A stretch of DNA of 63,612 nucleotides from Bigelowiella natans CCMP2755 (GCA_000320545.1 ADNK01000012.1:1-63612); one strand, 5' to 3'. Positions 13,466-25,999 are shown, numbered from the stretch's first letter. Made by a program: numbers and translations. Notes: generated from the sequence alone by a model not told the origin.

Positions 13466-14030
13466 ACTCATCATCGGTCTTTGCATATATCTACCGGCCT
13501 GGAGACATCGCACACAACGACGATTCCTGTAGCATTGGGGTAGTAAGCTCTGGTCAGTTTGATGAATCGATCCTACATGAGACGGCACAAAGAAAGAAAT
13601 ATGTTAAAATAAACAACTTGATAAATAAAGAAGGAAATGAGAATAATAATGACAATAAGAATAGCCCAAGGAGGGGGAGGGGGGGGGGGGAGGAGGAGGA
13701 GGCGGTGTTGTTTCTAATGGGATACTACTACTACTACTACGATGATGATGATGATGATGATGATGAGGATTGTGAGCAGCACACACCTGCCCAGCAATGT
13801 CCCATAGCTGTAGCCGAATCTTGCTGTCACCTCTTCTCACCTCCCTTGACTACGTGTAAGCACCAGGAAGTAAGTAAGAAAGCAAGTAAGTAAACACAAC
13901 ACAACGTTATGCTGTGTACGACATCGACCATACCACCCCCCCCTCTCCCTCATCTAGGCGACTCTGTGGAGACGGGAAGCTGTAGCAATGATTCAATTTA
14001 TGCTACTAGTGTAACGATGCTAACACGCAC

Positions 14031-14064
<34 letters not shown>

Positions 14065-14554
14065 CACTTCAAGACTCTTTCCTTTCACCGTTTCTCGTGC
14101 TTCTTCTTCTACTTCTCTCTTCTCTCTCTCTCTCTCTCCCTTCTCCTTTCCCGGTCATTCGGTTTGAAGAACTCACATTGGGTAGTGCTACTATTTATTA
14201 TATTATTATTATTAGTGTTATTATTATTACGTGATAGTCACATCCAATTGTAGAGCGATACTCGTGGCTCCATCGGCCATGGACAAATCTGTTAATAACC
14301 GACGTTTTGCCTGTTGGATTAGGAAATGCCAGCAGAAAGACAACGATGGCGAACGACACATTAGAGTTTATCGCTTTCAAAAATGAAAAAGAATGATCGT
14401 TGTGTAGCTCAGGTTCGGAGAAGGGGGGGGGGGGAGACCAAATGCGCGTGTCTTGTCATTAGTTGTTGTTGATGTTGATATCACCAATGTGTGTCGGTCG
14501 TACGTAGGGTTATGTTTCAGAAGGATGGGAAGGAAAGAGAATGGAGTTAAAAAC

Positions 14555-14598
<44 letters not shown>

Positions 14599-14683
14599 GC
14601 TTTTGATATTTGTGATGAAGAAGAAGAAGAAGAAGAAGAAGAAGAAGAAGGGGCGTGCCTTCTATCCCTTTTGCGTAGTCGTA

Positions 14684-14733
<50 letters not shown>

Positions 14734-16335
14734 GTGTGTGTGTGTGTGAGAGTATTTAGTTAAGGTGCCTATGCGTATAAATCACCACCACTATTTACTC
14801 ACACTTACTTAGTAACTTACTTACTTACTTACCGCATTTGGCATTGCCAATGACAATAACTTTCATCGTCTTCTTCCTCGTCTTCTTCTTCTTCGCTGCT
14901 ATATTACTATTCAAACTCGCACCAGTCCCTGTGTCGGTTCTTCCTGCAGCAGCATCGCACGGGGAGGAAACGTTTGCTGCTGGTGCTGCCGTCATTTTTG
15001 AGCGTTGGTTAGTGCAGCTGTTGTTTGTAGAGTTCGCCATCACGGCACTCCTCATTGGTCTTCTTAAGAGATCGATTTTTCTTTGAGCAGAGGATGTAGC
15101 TCTAGCTTTCACCACCCTCCTCCCATTAGAAGTCGAAGCCGAAGAAGAAGAAGAAGAAGAAGAGATGGGAAGCAGCGGCTTTTTAAAAGCCTTTGTGGTG
15201 GTAGTTGCTGCCTTAGAAGCTGTCGTGTCAGCAGCAGCAGCGGCAGCAGCAGCAGTGCCAAACTTGATGGTGGCTACGGGTTCCTTCTTAATCGCTTTCT
15301 GGTAGTATATGTTTTGAGTAAGGGGAGAGGTACTCAATTCTATCAGAAAAGATATGCTGCTAAGGGTGCTGTTACTGCTGCTGTTCGGCAAGTATTCGAC
15401 AGTCATATGTATATAAATAATTTACAACACATAATTGATAATGATTTAAATAATGAATGCATTTAGGTTGATTACATGAAATTTGGCTCATCCTCCTCCT
15501 CCATACTCTCCTTCCACCACAATAACTAAAAGAACTAACCAATATGTCCTCTGTCTTTTGGAGAGAGGAGTCGCCATTGACGGAAAGAATCTTCCATCCA
15601 ACCTTAACCCCCATCCTCTCGGCATGAGATCCATTTCTGACCTAAGAGGGAAGAAGGCGTACAGAGAAGGGGAAAGCATAAAATGAAGCAATCTTGGTAG
15701 AGGCATCATCATCATCATCATCATCATCATCCTCATCCTCATCCTTCCGCAGCTTTCTACAGTATTCTGCATTCAATTTGAAGCTAGTAGTAGTAGTAGT
15801 ATTGGTAGTAGTAGTAGTAGTAGTAGAAGAGGGAATACGCCATAATGATAACACAAAGATAATAATACATACCAGTTTAATATCCCTAGATAAAAACTTT
15901 AACCCTATCGATGTCTTCGTGGAGAAAGTCAGCGTTTTTGTCCTCGCTGTATTTGCATTTAGTTTCATAGTAATTACGATCAACGATACTATCACCACTT
16001 CCCTCTACTCTCCCCCTCCCTCTTCCTGCAACCAGAGATCGGGATTTCGCCATCATCGTCATCATCATCACCTTGAGGATCCTCAGAAGCTTCTGATTTG
16101 TAAGGGGTTGACACAGGGTGGGGCTGTGTCAAAATTCTCTTGCTTCTCCGCCATCGTGCTAATTTTGTTGTCTTGGCGGCTTCCTTGTCGTTGAGTTCTT
16201 GGACGAAGGAGTCGAGACCCAGAGCGACATCATCGAGACCCATGTCCTGTAGCTTCTTCTCATCGAGCTCCTCCATATCAAACGATTCGGCACCTGAGTA
16301 GTAGGAGTATCACCAACCACCGTTCATTTTGTGTG

Positions 16336-16369
<34 letters not shown>

Positions 16370-16999
16370 CAGGAAGGGTCGGCACACCACCGCCACCTGT
16401 AAATGATATTCCAAGTTCCTTCATGGCATTTTCCACCTCGCTTTGATCGATCGACGTGATAAGGCTGAGTTTATTGAGAGCACAGAGCAGTATCAGACAG
16501 ATGCTCAAACTGATCAGTGAGCCGATCTCAGCACATCATGTATTCGCCCAATTCTATCTCTCTCTGAAACATAAAAACACAGAATCAAGCACACACGCAC
16601 ACGCTCGCAAGCACGCCCCGTTCGCAACTTCACAACTATTTTGAAACCCCACCACTACTACAGCGACAAGTTGTTGTACTTACTCTTCTGCTCCTATTTT
16701 AGGAGCCTTGAATTCATGGGATGAGAGGTTAAGAGTCTCATCATGTTTCGTCACTCGATCTGAATGAATGTTTTCAAAAACAACTTGAGCTTGGATTCTC
16801 ATCATATTTCGTCAATCGATTTGAATGTTTTCAAACAACTTGAGCTTGGATTCTCCATTTTTAGTTCCGAAGATGTTACGTCACTCACTAGATATCTCAG
16901 CAAATGGCGAGCGATTAGCCTGAAGTTGTTTCTTTTTAAGTTGCATCGGCGTCTTTTTCGCTGTACTGCTCAGCGTAGCTTTGGCAATGCCAAACCCCC
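11873..16999 (-). CDS. PDZ domain + Rab32/38/29-like small GTPase fusion
   Basis: GTPase motifs: KVIVIGNAKCG|KTS (G1), YRSTIGCDY (G2), LQLWDIAGQ|DRF (G3, WDIAGQ signature), LIANKVD (G4), GSAKE (G5). Upstream exons 15946-15873, 15641-15540 and 15298 onward join in phase to KTLTFSTKTSIGLKFLSRDIKL|VRNGSHAERMGVKVGWKILSVNGDSSLQKTEDIL|KAIKKEPVATIKF, a PDZ. The C-terminal end is uncertain. Confidence 0.8.
16746..16855. repeat. Imperfect ~55-60 bp tandem duplication overlapping a splice acceptor
   Basis: tttcgtca..tgaatgttttcaaa(aa)caacttgagcttggattctc occurs twice in tandem. Confidence 0.85.
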
Positions 17000-17029
17000 C
17001 TTTAGAATTCAAAAAAGAAGTGTAATTAA

Positions 17030-17120
17030 TTTCCAGATATCAATATTTTTGTGGCTATCATTGCTGATACCCTTTTCCAGATATCAATATTTTTGTGGCT
17101 ATCATTGCTGATACCCTTTT
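17030..17120. repeat. 44 bp perfect tandem duplication
   Basis: ttccagatatcaatatttttgtggctatcattgctgataccctt repeated with period 44. Confidence 0.9.
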
Positions 17121-17149
17121 CACTGGTATTGCGGGGGCTTGAGTTTTCC

Positions 17150-18405
17150 ATTATTGCACACCTAACAAGAATATGATGATTCCAGACTGTGTTGGACAAT
17201 TGTTCTGCTTTCTCCCCCTTCGTCTATCCAGAACGAACAACAACAAACAGAAGAAGAAGAAGAAGAAGAAGAAGAAGAAGAAGGAGAAGAAGAAGACACC
17301 TTGCTTGGAGCATTTGAAGCATTTTTTTGAGTTCCTCCTTTCCTGGAGATACTACTTGTTGCAACTTTGGAGAGTTTTCCGAGTCGGACATCGCTTGCAG
17401 GTACTCGCTGTCTACCCCCGTCGTGCGTTTCGTCTTCGTCCCGATGGGCGGAACTGGGCTTGGGGCCATCGTATCCATGTGTGTTCAGGCAGCACTCACT
17501 CTACGCAGTGGTCGAGGCTCTTTTTCCTTGTGGCTTTTATTTTTTGTTGAATAGTCGTTCGTCGTGCGCGTATCGACGAGTAGGAGGGTAGCTTCTTCGA
17601 TGAATGAAGGACGGATCTGACCGTTGGACGGCCGTGAGCAATTCGGCCGAAAAAATAAACAATGAATAAAAAAACAGCTTTAGCCAATTTATCCGACATA
17701 TCCGGATGTACAAAACGCAGAGGAAATTGTCCTTTAATTGGGGACATATAATGTCGTAGAAGGCTGGAAAAATTATTTTGGTCTCACTGGCAACATCTCT
17801 TATGATGAATAGCAGTGCCCCCCAATCTGGTGAAAGAGAGAACGAAAGAAAGAAGCTGCCAATTAGGCATTTCACACGATCATCATCGTAATAAAAAGAT
17901 GAATGATGATGTAGATCTGGATCTATCAAAGCGGGTGCTATTCTTGAGACATATTCTTCGGATGTCGTTCCATTTATATTCGCCTTTGCTGTCGACGCGC
18001 GACATGCGCGCACGAGGACGGCAATCGGCAATGTACATGTGCAGCACAGCTGGCGACGGCGTCGTATCGGCAGAAATAAAAAAAGAAAGTTTAAAATAAA
18101 AAAATAGTCCAAAAAATAACCAGAAATTACCACCAAACATTGCTTATTTTCAAGCCGCTCTCAACACGCAGCAACCGTCCAAGCAACGGCTGCTGCCACT
18201 GTCTCTGTCAATGGTGGCTGCTAGATGTCCTGTCAAAGCCTTTGCGAGTGTATAGGCGAAGTGGATTAGACATGCTGAAACCAGCGAAGCCCCCAAAAGG
18301 TCGAACGAAGCAGCAGGAGAGGATGCGAATTGCTGTCAACGAGATAGACTATTTAGTGATTTACTATTACGTGTCCTGTTTGTTTCCCAGCCGAACGTTC
18401 GACAT
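17150..18405 (-). CDS. Hypothetical exons, probably the 5' part of the PDZ-Rab gene
   Basis: Protein-like segments such as SENSPKLQQVVSPGKEELKKMLQMLQAR followed by a GT donor; exon frames and start codon not resolved. Confidence 0.4.
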
Positions 18406-18473
18406 CGGATTCGGGTGCAGGAACATGGACGTTTAATAGCAAAAATCTGTTTCGCTCCATTTCGCTCCCAGAC

Positions 18474-18836
18474 ATGTCGAGGGTAAAGCTCAACATTTCG
18501 AAGATGAAAAGGATGATGGTTCCCAAGCCGAGGGTTGCCCTCCCGCCTCTTACACCGAACCAGCTCAAACTGAAGAAAGTTATCGAGGTCTGCTCCTGAA
18601 ATTTCGACATGGAATTTAGCCTCAAAGGAGAGCGTGTAACACAATTTGATAGTATGGTTTGAACAGAGAACGACCAGTTTGGAACATGTGCTCATTATTA
18701 TTATGTCATAATATCCCATTCCTATCACCACTTAGTCGGAGAAAGAGAACCAGGCCTGTGCAGATTGCAGGTTAACCTAAAAAAGTGACTGAAATGCGAA
18801 GTGTTGATATGAGTTCAGCATTACACATTTAAATTG

Positions 18837-18879
<43 letters not shown>

Positions 18880-21800
18880 TTCACTCATCTCCCTTCAGTG
18901 AGATTGACTCGATGACGTTCTGCTCTCTTTCCTACTTCCCCCCCTCTTTACGTAGGATCTGGGGCAGGAAACCTGAATGGGCGTCGTTGACATATGCCGT
19001 CTTCATCTGTGCGAAATGTGCGGGAAGACATCGATCTCTAGGGGTTAGATTCAGGTGGTTGACAGAATACCTCTTCTACTTCTCTCTCTTACTCCGTCTA
19101 CAGAAAGAACGCGAGAGAGAGAGGGGGGGGGGGAGGGAAATATGCACATACCATCAGATTTGACCCGTTACTTCGTGATTGTCTATGCTGTGGTCGATTC
19201 ATTCATTGTAAATAATCGGTGTTGCAGTTTTGTGCAGTCCGTAAGGTTAGATCATTGGACGGAAGATCAGGTTAGCGGCGGTGAAAGAAATAGAAGATCA
19301 TCATAAAGATGATTATGATACTGATGTGAAGGGGAGCATAGAAGCGTCATCTCGAAAATGCCGATTGAAGCTTCTCATTTATTTCCTTTATTCTATTACT
19401 TTACCACCATGAGGCCGCAGCTCGAATGAATATCTTCATCAAATTGATACATACCGTTGCTACTTACTGCTGCTGCAGGTTACACGATTGAGTATTGGGG
19501 GCAACAAGCGTGTAAAGGTGTTTCCAACAAATTTCCTAAATATCTAACCTTATGTCCTTATTGTACCAATGCATCATGCAATGAAGTGATGATATCGATT
19601 CATCCTCATCATCATCTTGTACGTGGGATGATGTAATATACCTTCCTCCGTTGCAGGAGTTCCTGAAGACACAAAATCTAGATCCAAGGGTAGAGAAAGA
19701 AATTCAGAAGAAATATCTCAGCTCTGCACTGCAGGTAGTAGTGGTGGTGGTGGTGGTGGTATATTATTACAATGTGTAGTGCCTGTGCCATAATGTCATC
19801 TGAGACTACTCGGTGGGTGCTGCAAAATGCTAGAGTCTATTAGCTAGATTTGCTCTCCTCCTCCTCCTCCTTACCCGTGTGTGCTCGTTGTCAGCGATAT
19901 CGGAGCACGTTGAACAGCCTGTGCGAAGCAGCGGGGGGCGAAGTGGAAGGTAGGGCGCGGCGGCGATTGTGGGAAAACGGGGTTGCAGATTTGGGGGGGG
20001 GAGGGGAGGGGAGAGGGAGAGAGAAAGGGGGGATCCTAAAGAAAATATACTGCAAGATGCCACGCTGCATCTTTGATTAGCCTGATGCACTGTTGATGAA
20101 TAATTATCATTGTCGGCACTATTATTAAGACTATCCTCTTCCTGTGCCCCTCCCACCGTAACAACAACTCAGGCTTAACATGGGGCTGTTCAAATGGATC
20201 GGCTGCAGGAATCGTAGTTCTTGGTGCCACATATTATAATGATGATAAATGATGATGATGATGATGATGATGATGAGGATGAGATGATGTCCCTCTCTCC
20301 GTTCTCCCTCTTCCCTCTCTCTTCATGTAAAAAATTTTCCATACTTTTCACCGATAAACAAAAGACGACGACTGCGACGACGAAAAGGCAGCGCAGCAGA
20401 GCAACGATGGTGGAAGCGAAGGTGACGACCATGGCAGAGGCAATGGTTGTGGTCAAGAAGAGGGTATATTTCTTACGGATGCGAAGACTGGAGATAAAAA
20501 ATCAGCCAAGGAATTAAATGCGCAACTGGACACTTTCGCGAGGAGGATGACGAGTAGCAACGAGATAAGGTGGCATTCATTCGAACAAAGGAGTAGCATC
20601 ATGATGATGGTGATGATGATGATGATGATGATGATGATGACGACTATTTATTTCAGTTATGATTGTATGGACAACAGCAAAAAGTATGGAATATATTTTG
20701 TATTCTTCGTAACTGATGCGCTGCTATATGTGTCAATAAATTCAGCAACCAGGACCCCCTTCCTCCATGCAGCAGTAGCGGCTTTGATCATGGTTCTGGC
20801 CTGTTGAGTAGAAGCGGTAGCAAGGTTGGGATGAGGAGGAGAAGGAAAGCAAGGAGGAGGAGCAGTGTCCTTTCCGATCCAGAAGATATTCAATACATTG
20901 GCAGGACGAACATGATGGCAACAACGATGCAACCAAGTGATCCCACAGCACGACAGACGACCCAGTCCTCTTCTTCTTCCCCTTCCTCTCCTATTGCAGT
21001 AGTAGCAGCATCGTCATCATCAGATGTAGCCTCTTCATCAGCAATAGAGGTCGGGAACAAGGAGGGCAAGAAGAAAGACGACGACGATGCAAAGCGGAGC
21101 AGTGGAAGTTGCCACAACATCAACAACCGCAAAGAGGAGCTGAAAGGTGATGAAGCTGAGAGGAAGATGCGATGGCGCGCAACCAACGGCCCGGCACTTT
21201 GCATTCTAACCTCCTCTTCCTCCTCGAAGAAAGAGAGGACATTGTGGACGAAGATGCAGAAGCTCTTAGAGCTGCCGTCCAAATACTGGCATATCCAGAT
21301 CGATGAGGCCTTTCCAGAAAACAAGTAGAGTAGTAGTAGTAGTAGTAGTAGTAGTATTAATGGGCTTGCTTTAGCAATAGTCGTCCGTGTGCACTTAGCA
21401 GCTTAGCAGTACTCATGAGTATTTCCACACCATAGTAAGTAAAAACTGTACGTCAATCCGAAGTGCAGCGGAGCTCAATCGATACTAACCCAAACGAACT
21501 CACAGACAAATCCGCACCAAGCTGATACAGATCAGTACCCGACTAGCTTTCCCCCAACTTTTCATTCTCGAGGAAGGCCACTTCTGGTACTCGTTGAAAG
21601 ATTCTCTGCAGTGCTTCATTTCACCAGTTCGTGAAATTCCTGTGATTGTGCCGTTTGTGGGCGTGTGCATTGTGGCTTTCTATCCAGGTTTCTCGGAGAA
21701 TACGAAGAGATGTTGGAATACGCCGGAAAGGGAGAACTGGATCAGATGCTACAAGCATGCTTGGTGCGGAATGAGAACAGCTGCGAGCCGGATAAAAAGA

Positions 21801-22166
21801 AAAACCAGCAATCTGTTGATACTTCTTCTTGTAGTAAACCGGCGGTTGTTGTATGTGAAGAAACAGCAAGCAAACCAGCAGTGAAGGAAGGGGTCGGCAT
21901 CGCGATCAATGCGACAGAATCGACTATCTCGCTTCAGCACGAAGAGGAAGAGTAATATCTCTCTCCCTCTCTCTCTCTCTCCCTCTCTTTCCTCTCTTTC
22001 TACTTTGTCCAAACTCATGTGCATAGGTGTGCAAGTGTGTGTGTGTGTGTGTGTGGGGGCCCCCGGGGGGGGGGGGGGGGGGGGGGGCGTGTTCATTCTG
22101 CTGTTCATTGACACATTTCATTCACCACATAGGGATTGGAAAGCTGAATTTTCCTCTGCAGAATAG
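18474..22166 (+). CDS. ArfGAP + C-terminal glutaredoxin/SH3BGR-like domain protein
   Basis: LKLKKVIE|SEKENQACADCR|IWGRKPEWASLTYAVFICAKCAGRHRSLGV...FVQSVRLDHWTEDQ|...IGGNKRV is an ArfGAP C4 finger. Linker exons are phase-consistent through to ...EAFPENK|QIRTKLIQISTRLAFPQLFILEEGHFW|FLGEYEEMLEYAGKGELDQML. Confidence 0.8.
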
Positions 22167-22249
22167 GCGATTAGCGATGTACAGACAGGATCAATCAGAA
22201 AATGATGATGACCAAAACAAATTTGTTCAGTGCATGGCATTTATTTCAG

Positions 22250-22600
22250 GATTTGTGCCATGCTAGCATGATGCATCATGATTTTGATGTTCGCTTGCGA
22301 TTGTGGCATGTGTGCCTAGATGCATGTCACGTGCACCACGATCGACTGTGTGTTCACACACGTGCATTGCACAGCCAGGTCTAGAGGTCTAGAGGTCTAG
22401 AGGTGCACAGTGCAGCTTGCTGTCTAGCTGTGTCCATGTGCAACAATCTAGCAATGCTGATGCAGGCCGCGAGCACAGGCTAGCAGGACAAAAGCCTAGA
22501 AGCGCTCACTTGTTTGTGGGTGTGCGCGCATGGCTAGATGGGCATGCTCGCACACGGCTAGACGGGGGCTAGCTGGCTAGCTAGCAAGCTATGAGCACAG
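22250..22600. other. Intergenic CATG/TGCA/CTAG-rich block including (ctagaggt)x3
   Basis: Dense palindromic tetramers downstream of the ArfGAP gene stop; 8-bp tandem at 22381-22404. Confidence 0.65.
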
Positions 22601-23058
22601 ATGAATCTGTGAGCAACAGATCCGCTTGTGCTCCTTGTTGTGCGTGGCGTTGCCGAAGTGCGAGAATGGAGCAGGGCAGGACTGGGTTTCTTTTGAACAA
22701 TGCCAGAATGATGATGAACCAAACTTCCAAAACAGTTTTGAATTGCACGTTTCATCAGCAAATCATCAAATTGTCCAACATCACATCATTGTCGCAACAC
22801 TTCGTGCACGCCACGCACGTGGAATTCACCTGCAAACGCACACAGCTGGCGCACAATGAAAAATTGCGCGCACTGTCTGCACCTCTAGACCTCACCAACA
22901 GCTCGTCTGGTCTGAAGGTCACACACAGGTTTGTTCGCGACACAGAGACTCCCGCGTTGTTGGTTGTCGTCAAGCAATTTAGCCATGTCGCAGGGTGAAA
23001 AACACATCAAATCAGGTTTTTTATATTCAGAACTTAGACTCGCTCGAGTGTGGCACCC

Positions 23059-23517
23059 ATGAACCAAGGGAAGCCTATCGCCCGCTTACGCCGCATCCTT
23101 GGACATGGTTCCGGCTGCAATGCGACGATGCAGGCTGCTAGACAACTCTGCGCGGGAACTGGTGGCATTGGAAGCATTAGAATTCATGCAGATGTGAAGA
23201 AGGCACTTGACCAGAATGCCCCGGTCGTGAGTTTTCCTCTCCGTCGATTGCCCAATGCGGCTCCCATTCATTTATTTGTCGGTAATATTAACGCAGGTGG
23301 TTGCTCTGGAGAGCACAATTATTTCTCATGGAATGCCATACCCCCAAAATGTGGAGACAGCGTAAGGAAAAAATACCTCATCAGGAATAAAGCAATCGTT
23401 AACAAAAACGTCGACATTGGTCAGGAGGCGCGTGGAAGATGTTGTTCGCTCAAATGGTGCGGTGCCGGCCACAATTGCGATCCTTGATGTAATATCATAC
23501 TCTTTCTCTTCAACTTC

Positions 23518-23567
<50 letters not shown>

Positions 23568-23882
23568 TTCTCTGCCGCGCATACACAACACAGCACACAG
23601 GAGGCGCAACCACCACCATATACGACGTTAGGGTGTCGTGCATGTGGGGCTTGATAAAAAACAGTTGGAAAAGTTGGGAACCCTTGGTCCTAAGGTCCTG
23701 GCCTATATATAGAGAGAGCGAATGCCCTTCGTTGAGAGACTGAGCAGCTTAAAACTAATAACTTTGATAATAAACAGTGTCGGAAGTGCTCACGGCGGGA
23801 CCTTGGCCTGGTGATCCCTTATTTCCCTTTCAAAAATTACATCAGGGATGCGCGCGCGTGTGTGTGTGTGTGTGTGTGTGTG

Positions 23883-23926
<44 letters not shown>

Positions 23927-25098
23927 ATAAGCTCGGGGACTCATAATAATATATCATTATAGGTCGTCTCGACGAAGGGCAACGGGGCAACAACTGTTGC
24001 AGCCACAATGTCGTATAGTAGATTAGGAGATCGGGCGAGTTTCCTACCAAAAATCGATTCATATCATCCGCGACCACAACGTGTATATCTCGGTTTTCAA
24101 CCCCTCCTCCTCCCCCTCCTCCTCCTCCTCAGGTACATTGCATCTATGGTGGGCATCAGAGTATTTGTAACCGGTGGGATTGGAGGCGCACACAGAGGTA
24201 TTATCCAATCAAACAATCTTATGGGCACACATGGAGTGGAAAGCATACACGCTCGATTCGCTCTAAAACCCCGCAGGAACCCCGTACGAGTAATCATTTG
24301 CTTGCATAACTCAGGAGTGGAAAAGACGCTTGATATCAGCGCAGATCTTACTGAGCTTGCTCGCACACGTGTAGCAGTATGTGAACAACTTTGCCAAGAA
24401 AATCACAATCTTTTTCTGTCTCCCTCACACCTTTTGTTACTCATTCAAAGTGTTGATTAATCATGTACACGGTGCTGTGTAGGTTGTTTGTGCTGGGATC
24501 AAGAGCATCTTAGACATACCCAAAACACTAGAGATTTTGGAGACCGCTGGAGTTCCGGTAGTAGCAGCAAAGTTGCCAGTAGCATGTGCCTCCCAAGATA
24601 GAGGAGTCCTACCACAGAATGATAATACTGCGAATAGTGAGAATGATAGGAAAACCCGGTTTGTCATGCTTGATTTGACAGAAGGAAGACCGTCTGGTAT
24701 TCATGAAAATAGTATTTTTGTGGTGAATGTGGGTGAAAGGAATATAGCACAATTAGAGCAACCAAAAAATGACGATAGCTGATGATGTCTTCCTCAGGTT
24801 ATTGGCTACAAAGCGTCTGAGTTTCCCGCATTCTTCTCGCGAAAGAGCGGATCAAAAGCACCAATTCGCCTAGACTCTACAGAGGAAATAGCTCGCCTCA
24901 TTGTTGCAAACGGTCAGTTTGTCGCTCGATGTCCAGTCATTGGCAATTAGCTATTTTAACTCTCAAAGTGTGAATATCTGCTCCTGCCCCTACTGCTATT
25001 CTCCTGCGATTCTGTTGTATGGGGTGCGTGGCTGCATCGTTGCTCACATGGAATATGTTAGTTTTGGGTGGATGAATTCTTTGTGCGCTATCATCATT

Positions 25099-25133
<35 letters not shown>

Positions 25134-25162
25134 TACCACTATAGTCATGCTCATTGTTGATT

Positions 25163-25205
<43 letters not shown>

Positions 25206-25589
25206 CATTATGATTCGTATTAGAGGAATTGTCAATGCAGAACGGAGTGATCGTTGCTGTTCCTGTTCCTGAAAAGGAGGCAGGTGATTGATGGTGACAT
25301 GATAATAGACGCTTTCGATTCCAGAATAAATTCTAAACAATATGAATGATAGCCATTCGTCGTTGTTGTCGTTGTTGTCGTCGTCGTTGTTTTTGCTGTG
25401 ATCTTTTGTACTCGAAATTAAATGCAAACTGCAATTTTCTAGGCAATCATTCTGCGATCGAGACAGCGACCAAACAAGCGCTCAAGGAAGCGGATGAACG
25501 GAAGATTCAGGCAAGTGCAGCAATGCTACACAAATAGTTCTCCCAGCCTCTCCTTACCCTTACCCCTCTCAAATTTTCAATATTTAAGA

Positions 25590-25637
<48 letters not shown>

Positions 25638-25639
25638 TT

Positions 25640-25675
<36 letters not shown>

Positions 25676-25999
25676 AGTACGTATCTAACACGTGATTGTT
25701 TTAAAAAAGGGGAAGGATATTACCCCGTTTCTACTGGATCGGATAAACCAGATAACAGGAGGTATGTTGTAGCTGTTGTTCGACAACCTATTACCCTCAC
25801 ACCCTTTCTATTGTATTTCAAAGGACACTCGCTCCAGGCCAATGTCAGCTTAGTGCTGAACAACGCGAAGGTAGCTTTTGCGCACCATGATAACGCATGA
25901 TGCACGCTTGTACTATACTCAGTAATTTATTCATATATTAAAACTCCATCGCAGATCGGCACAAAAATCGCTGTAAAAATTTCTCAATTGAAAAGGTGA
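23059..25999 (+). CDS. psuG: Pseudouridine-5'-phosphate glycosidase (IndA/PsuG family)
   Basis: [100 protein letters not shown] and [13 protein letters not shown], spread over about 14 exons. Confidence 0.95.

Noticed and set aside
12470-14750. Fixed transcript-strand order of compound (AT)n-(GT)n arrays
   Set aside because: Both orders occur within the same gene (12470-12530 versus 14690-14750).
15873-15946. STKTSIGLKFLSRDIKL as a second Rab switch-I, or an 18-nt mini-intron (15894-15885 region)
   Set aside because: No P-loop upstream; the segment fits the PDZ binding loop, and the mini-intron would create a stop or need a non-canonical donor.
16746-17120. CRISPR-like repeats
   Set aside because: Only two adjacent copies per repeat, no spacers, eukaryotic context.
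18336-18731. 131-aa minus-strand ORF that looks protein-like
   Set aside because: It overlaps ArfGAP exon 1 (18474-18587) on the opposite strand, and that exon splices in phase to the zinc finger.
20650-20810. Transmembrane segments in the ArfGAP linker
   Set aside because: The hydrophobic frames are intronic or out of frame; the phase-consistent model is hydrophilic.
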